This document shows positions 24,827-27,700 of a stretch of DNA of 27,700 nucleotides, piece by piece. Below the pieces are notes generated by a model. That model ran no database searches and was not told where the DNA came from. It saw only the letters and a list, made by a program, of their open reading frames with translations. The position numbers and the translations under genes were made by a program. Source of the stretch: Campylobacterota bacterium (GTDB lineage Bacteria > Campylobacterota > Campylobacteria > Campylobacterales > JALSKU01); contig JAADDL010000046.1 in the NCBI GenBank assembly GCA_013153915.1, forward strand, positions 1 to 27,700. Reading direction: 5' to 3'. Each line of letters opens with the position of its first letter. Within the stretch, counting starts at the first letter, position 1.

Positions 24827-25480
24827 TTAAATTAGCCCTTTAATAATCTCAAATCTACTTTTTTCGTCATAATTAAATCTAAATTCACACTCTTTTAAAT
24901 AGTAAAAAAAGTTTTCCCTTTTTACACCTTTATATTTGACTATCTCATTTTCAAAGAAATTCCAAAATTTGACTATCAAATTTTCCCTTTTTTGGAGTTT
25001 TGATATCTTGTTAAACATCATAAAGTTGGAAAACTCTTTGTAGTAAGCTTGGTCTATCCCGTCGCTTAAAAGTTCATTTTTGTACTTATTAAGACTTGGC
25101 AGTAAAAGGTTGTATATCTTATTTTCATAATGAAAGGTCAAGAAATCCACCGCATCGAAAATCTTGCTCTGTTCTTTCTTTTTGGATTTTTCCAGGTAGA
25201 TATATTCGTCATACTCTATCACCTCTTTGCCTTGAAAATTCTCTTCGCAAAATAGGGCTATTTTTTTTCGAAACAAATCGTATCTTTTTTTTACGGTTAG
25301 GTAATTTAGGGAAGTTTTATTAGAACACTCAAGAGCGTTTAAACCTTTGCAAAAGCATTCGAGTATATTTAACTCTTTTTCTATCTTTTTGGGGCTGAAT
25401 TTTCTTTTGCATACTTTGCATTTTAGGTAGCCGTTTTTAAGGGTGTAAAAAGTTTCGTTTTCGCAATATTTACACTTCAT
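24827..25480 (-). CDS. IS1595-family (ISXO2/IS1016-like) transposase-derived protein, apparently catalytically degenerate
   Basis: Zn ribbon C3/C6/C21/C24, an HTH-like segment, IEYDEY, and FW...KYKGV...YLKECEFRFN C-terminus. The NxIExFW glutamate is replaced (NLIVKFW). No terminal inverted repeats found by eye. Confidence 0.75.
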   Translation of the reverse strand: MKCKYCENETFYTLKNGYLKCKVCKRKFSPKKIEKELNILECFCKGLNALECSNKTSLNYLTVKKRYDLFRKKIALFCEENFQGKEVIEYDEYIYLEKSKKKEQSKIFDAVDFLTFHYENKIYNLLLPSLNKYKNELLSDGIDQAYYKEFSNFMMFNKISKLQKRENLIVKFWNFFENEIVKYKGVKRENFFYYLKECEFRFNYDEKSRFEIIKGLI

Positions 25481-25486
25481 ACTAAA

Positions 25487-25495
25487 ATTATATCA
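25487..25495 (-). promoter_or_regulatory. Extended -10 promoter (TGATATAAT) predicting a leaderless mRNA
   Basis: Minus strand reads TGATATAAT-TTTAGT-ATG, with only 6 nt between the -10 box and the start codon and no Shine-Dalgarno. Confidence 0.6.
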
Positions 25496-25557
25496 AAATT
25501 AGTCCCAAAAATATATAAGAAAAAGGAAAATTAATATCGGTAAAATATTAAAATCTA

Positions 25558-25587
25558 TATAATTACGAATGATTATTCATATAGGAG
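25558..25587 (+). promoter_or_regulatory. nik operon promoter: -10 box, operator-like palindrome and RBS
   Basis: TATAAT at 25558-25563, GAATGA-ttat-TCATAT at 25567-25582, AGGAG at 25583-25587. Confidence 0.55.
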
Positions 25588-25594
25588 TTAAAAG

Positions 25595-26233
25595 ATGCAT
25601 ATACCTGACGGATATCTTTCGCCCGAAACCTGTATAGCGACCTATGCGGTAGCGGTTCCATTGTGGGTTTACGGATTTAAAAAGTTAAAATCGACTTTAA
25701 ATGAAGAGACTTTGCCGCTTATAGGGGCTTTGAGCGCCGTTAGTTTTGTTATCATGATGTTTAACATCCCGATACCCGGAGGCACTAGCGGACACGCCGT
25801 AGGGGCGGTGCTTATAGCGATGCTTTTTGGTCCTTGGATCGGCTTTGTATCGGTATCTTTGGTGCTACTTATCCAAGCTTTGGTCTTTGGCGACGGTGGA
25901 GTATCGACTCTTGCGGCAAACGCATTGTCGATGGCTTTTGTGGGCTCTTTTGCTGGATATTACGCTTTTGAAGCTTTAAAGAGATTTAGATTTGCACCGT
26001 TTTTTGCGGGATGGGTAGGTATAGTCGCCTCTTCCGCACTCACGGCTTTGCTTCTTGGTATCCAGCCTCTTTTTTGGACAAAAGGCGGACACCCTTTGTA
26101 TTTTCCGTTTGATTTGAAGACCGCTTTTGTAGCGCTTGTGGGTTCTCATATGCTGTTTTTCGGAGTAGCGGAGGGCATCTTTACCGCCATAGCTTACTCA
26201 TATCTTAGAAAAAAAGAGAGGAGTTTGGCATGA
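25595..26233 (+). CDS. nikM: ECF nickel/cobalt transporter S component (NikM/CbiM type; nickel favoured)
   Basis: N-terminal metal-binding MHIPDGYL (NikM-type, versus MHIMEG in CbiM), GTSGHAVG and FGDGG, with multiple TM helices. Confidence 0.88.
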   Translation: MHIPDGYLSPETCIATYAVAVPLWVYGFKKLKSTLNEETLPLIGALSAVSFVIMMFNIPIPGGTSGHAVGAVLIAMLFGPWIGFVSVSLVLLIQALVFGDGGVSTLAANALSMAFVGSFAGYYAFEALKRFRFAPFFAGWVGIVASSALTALLLGIQPLFWTKGGHPLYFPFDLKTAFVALVGSHMLFFGVAEGIFTAIAYSYLRKKERSLA

Positions 26234-26529
26234 AACGAAAGGCTTTTTATATTTTGGGGGTTTTGATAGTTCTTTCTCCTCTTGGTCTTATCAGCGATGC
26301 GGACGCTTGGGGAGAGTGGGGCAATGAGTACTACCAAAAGATACTCGGATTTATCCCCGAGGGGATAAAGAACGCAAAAGGTATAAAGGCTTTGATGAGT
26401 GATTATTCTCTTAGCGGTACAAATGATGTAGTCGGCTACTACGCTTCCGCAATCGTAGGGATAGCTATACTTTTTGGGATATATTTTATCCTTGCAAAAA
26501 CGCTAAAAGATGAAAAAAGTATTCTTTAA
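26230..26529 (+). CDS. ECF Ni/Co transporter auxiliary membrane subunit (NikN/PDGLE-like)
   Basis: Two TM segments around SPLGL...AWGEW. Overlaps both neighbouring genes. Confidence 0.7.
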   Translation: MKRKAFYILGVLIVLSPLGLISDADAWGEWGNEYYQKILGFIPEGIKNAKGIKALMSDYSLSGTNDVVGYYASAIVGIAILFGIYFILAKTLKDEKSIL

Positions 26530-27091
26530 AAAACACCGCTTTTTTCAAACGGTTTTAAATCTATATAGAGTATCTTTTATCGTAACTCTCTTGGCGCTTT
26601 TGTGGCTAAGAGATGTACGAGTGATATTTGTCGTGACGGTTTTGCTGTGGATAGTCTCATATAGAGATGTTGTAAAATTAAATAAAAGAGTGCTAAAGTC
26701 CATTTTTTTATTTAATGCGGGGATAAGTTTGGGATATGTGGCACTCTCTTTTTTTAAAGATGTGGATGTTTTGAGCTTTTTGGTATATATCAACCTAAAA
26801 GTCTATCTTTTGACATATTTTGTGTTTTGGTTTTTCAAAAGAGTCGATATGATAGAGTTTTTCTCCTTTTCAAAGGAGTTAAGCTACCTTTTGAGTATAT
26901 CTTTGTCTCAGATAGTTTCGTATAAAAAAACTTATGAGGATTTTAGGCTTGCCTATAAAGCCAGAGTGATAAAGAGATTGAGAGATAGAGAAAAAGGGTT
27001 TATCGGTAGAGTGTTTGACTTTTTCTTGCAAAAGGCGCTAAAAGATGCCAAAGAGAGAAGTTTGGCGATGAAAGCGAGGGGATTTTTTTGA
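26510..27091 (+). CDS. ECF transporter T component (NikQ/CbiQ-like)
   Basis: Hydrophobic N-terminal half, with C-terminal AYKAR and AMKARGF (the ARG motif of T components). Confidence 0.8.
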   Translation: MKKVFFKKHRFFQTVLNLYRVSFIVTLLALLWLRDVRVIFVVTVLLWIVSYRDVVKLNKRVLKSIFLFNAGISLGYVALSFFKDVDVLSFLVYINLKVYLLTYFVFWFFKRVDMIEFFSFSKELSYLLSISLSQIVSYKKTYEDFRLAYKARVIKRLRDREKGFIGRVFDFFLQKALKDAKERSLAMKARGFF

Positions 27092-27700
27092 TAAGTTTGA
27101 GAGATATATCTTACTTTTACGATGACAAGATAGCGTTAAACGATATAAGTCTTGATATAAACAGCAAAGAAAAGGTTGTTTTGCTTGGAAGCAACGGATG
27201 TGGCAAATCAACCCTTCTTAGAGTTTTGGCGGGTCTTTACTTTGCAAAAAGCGGAGAGTATCTGCTTGAGGGCAAAAAGATAACCAAAAAGAGTGTCGAT
27301 AAAGAGTTTAGAAAAAGAGTCGGCATACTTTTTCAAAATCCTGAAAGTATGATATTTAATCCCACGGTAAGAGATGAGATAGCCTTTTCGCTTAGAGAGT
27401 TTGAAGAGAGCGATATAGAAAAAAGGGTGGAGGATATATCTAAAAAGTTCGGTTTGACTCACCTTTTAGATAAAAATCCTCTTTATCTAAGCGGTGGGGA
27501 GAAGCAAAAGGTGATGTTGGCGTCGATGTTGGTATATGAGCCCGATATACTTCTGCTAGACGAACCGACGGCGGCAATGGATCCGAGAACTACGGGGTGG
27601 TTTATAGATATGCTTTTGGAGTTGCAAAAGAGTGTTGTGGTGGCTACGCATGATCTCTCGCTGGCTTATGAAATGAGCGATAGAGCGATAGTCTTGGATG
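27088..27700 (+). CDS. ECF transporter ATPase (NikO/CbiO-like), truncated by the window end; not in the ORF track
   Basis: TTG start overlapping the previous TGA. Reads MISLRDISYFY, Walker A GSNGCGKST, Q-loop LFQNP, LSGGEKQK, Walker B ILLLDEPT and VATHD. Confidence 0.9.
   Translation, partial: MISLRDISYFYDDKIALNDISLDINSKEKVVLLGSNGCGKSTLLRVLAGLYFAKSGEYLLEGKKITKKSVDKEFRKRVGILFQNPESMIFNPTVRDEIAFSLREFEESDIEKRVEDISKKFGLTHLLDKNPLYLSGGEKQKVMLASMLVYEPDILLLDEPTAAMDPRTTGWFIDMLLELQKSVVVATHDLSLAYEMSDRAIVLD

Noticed and set aside
25500-25570. Canonical NikR box upstream of nikM
   Set aside because: Neither GTATGA-N16-TCATAC nor TRWYA-N15-TRWYA spacing could be matched by eye.
24752-25594. Intact, active IS element that mobilised the alg operon
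   Set aside because: No terminal inverted repeats or target duplication were found, the catalytic triad is incomplete, and there is no second copy at the hypF end.
503-27462. Short alternative-frame and antisense ORFs in the track (e.g. 503-763, 2043-2312, 4632-5081, 12763-13173, 20448-21032, 27208-27462)
   Set aside because: They overlap well-supported genes (503-763 overlaps the rhodanese gene and its promoter region) and show no recognisable motifs. They are treated as shadow ORFs.
1-27700. tRNA, rRNA, CRISPR array or riboswitch
   Set aside because: The window is almost fully coding. No intergenic gap exceeds about 220 bp, and no repeat-spacer or structured RNA signature was recognised, including no cobalamin or NiCo riboswitch before nikM.

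Overview
AT-rich window with three functional blocks. Gene content and protein sequences point to a Campylobacterota (Epsilonproteobacteria) genome, probably a hydrogen-oxidising vent-type organism (inference). (1) 840-12089 (+): hydrogen locus with a TetR regulator, a cytoplasmic group-2-type [NiFe]-hydrogenase without a Tat signal, a membrane-bound group 1b uptake hydrogenase hydABC, then hydD, hydE and hypF. An exported rhodanese gene lies divergently upstream. (2) 12086-24751 (-): a tightly coupled 8-gene alginate-type synthase-dependent exopolysaccharide operon, algA - PL7 lyase - algD - alg8 - alg44 - algG - algE - algK. Its order differs from Pseudomonas, it has no algX/I/J/F or PL5 algL, and AlgG and AlgE carry SPOR-like N-terminal domains. 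(3) 24827-27700: an apparently catalytically dead IS1595-family transposase derivative with a predicted leaderless promoter, divergent from a NikMNQO-type ECF nickel transporter operon. A palindrome of the form GAATGA-N4-TCAT(T/A)(C/T) occurs upstream of both hydA and nikM. All calls come from motif reading by eye; no database searches were run.
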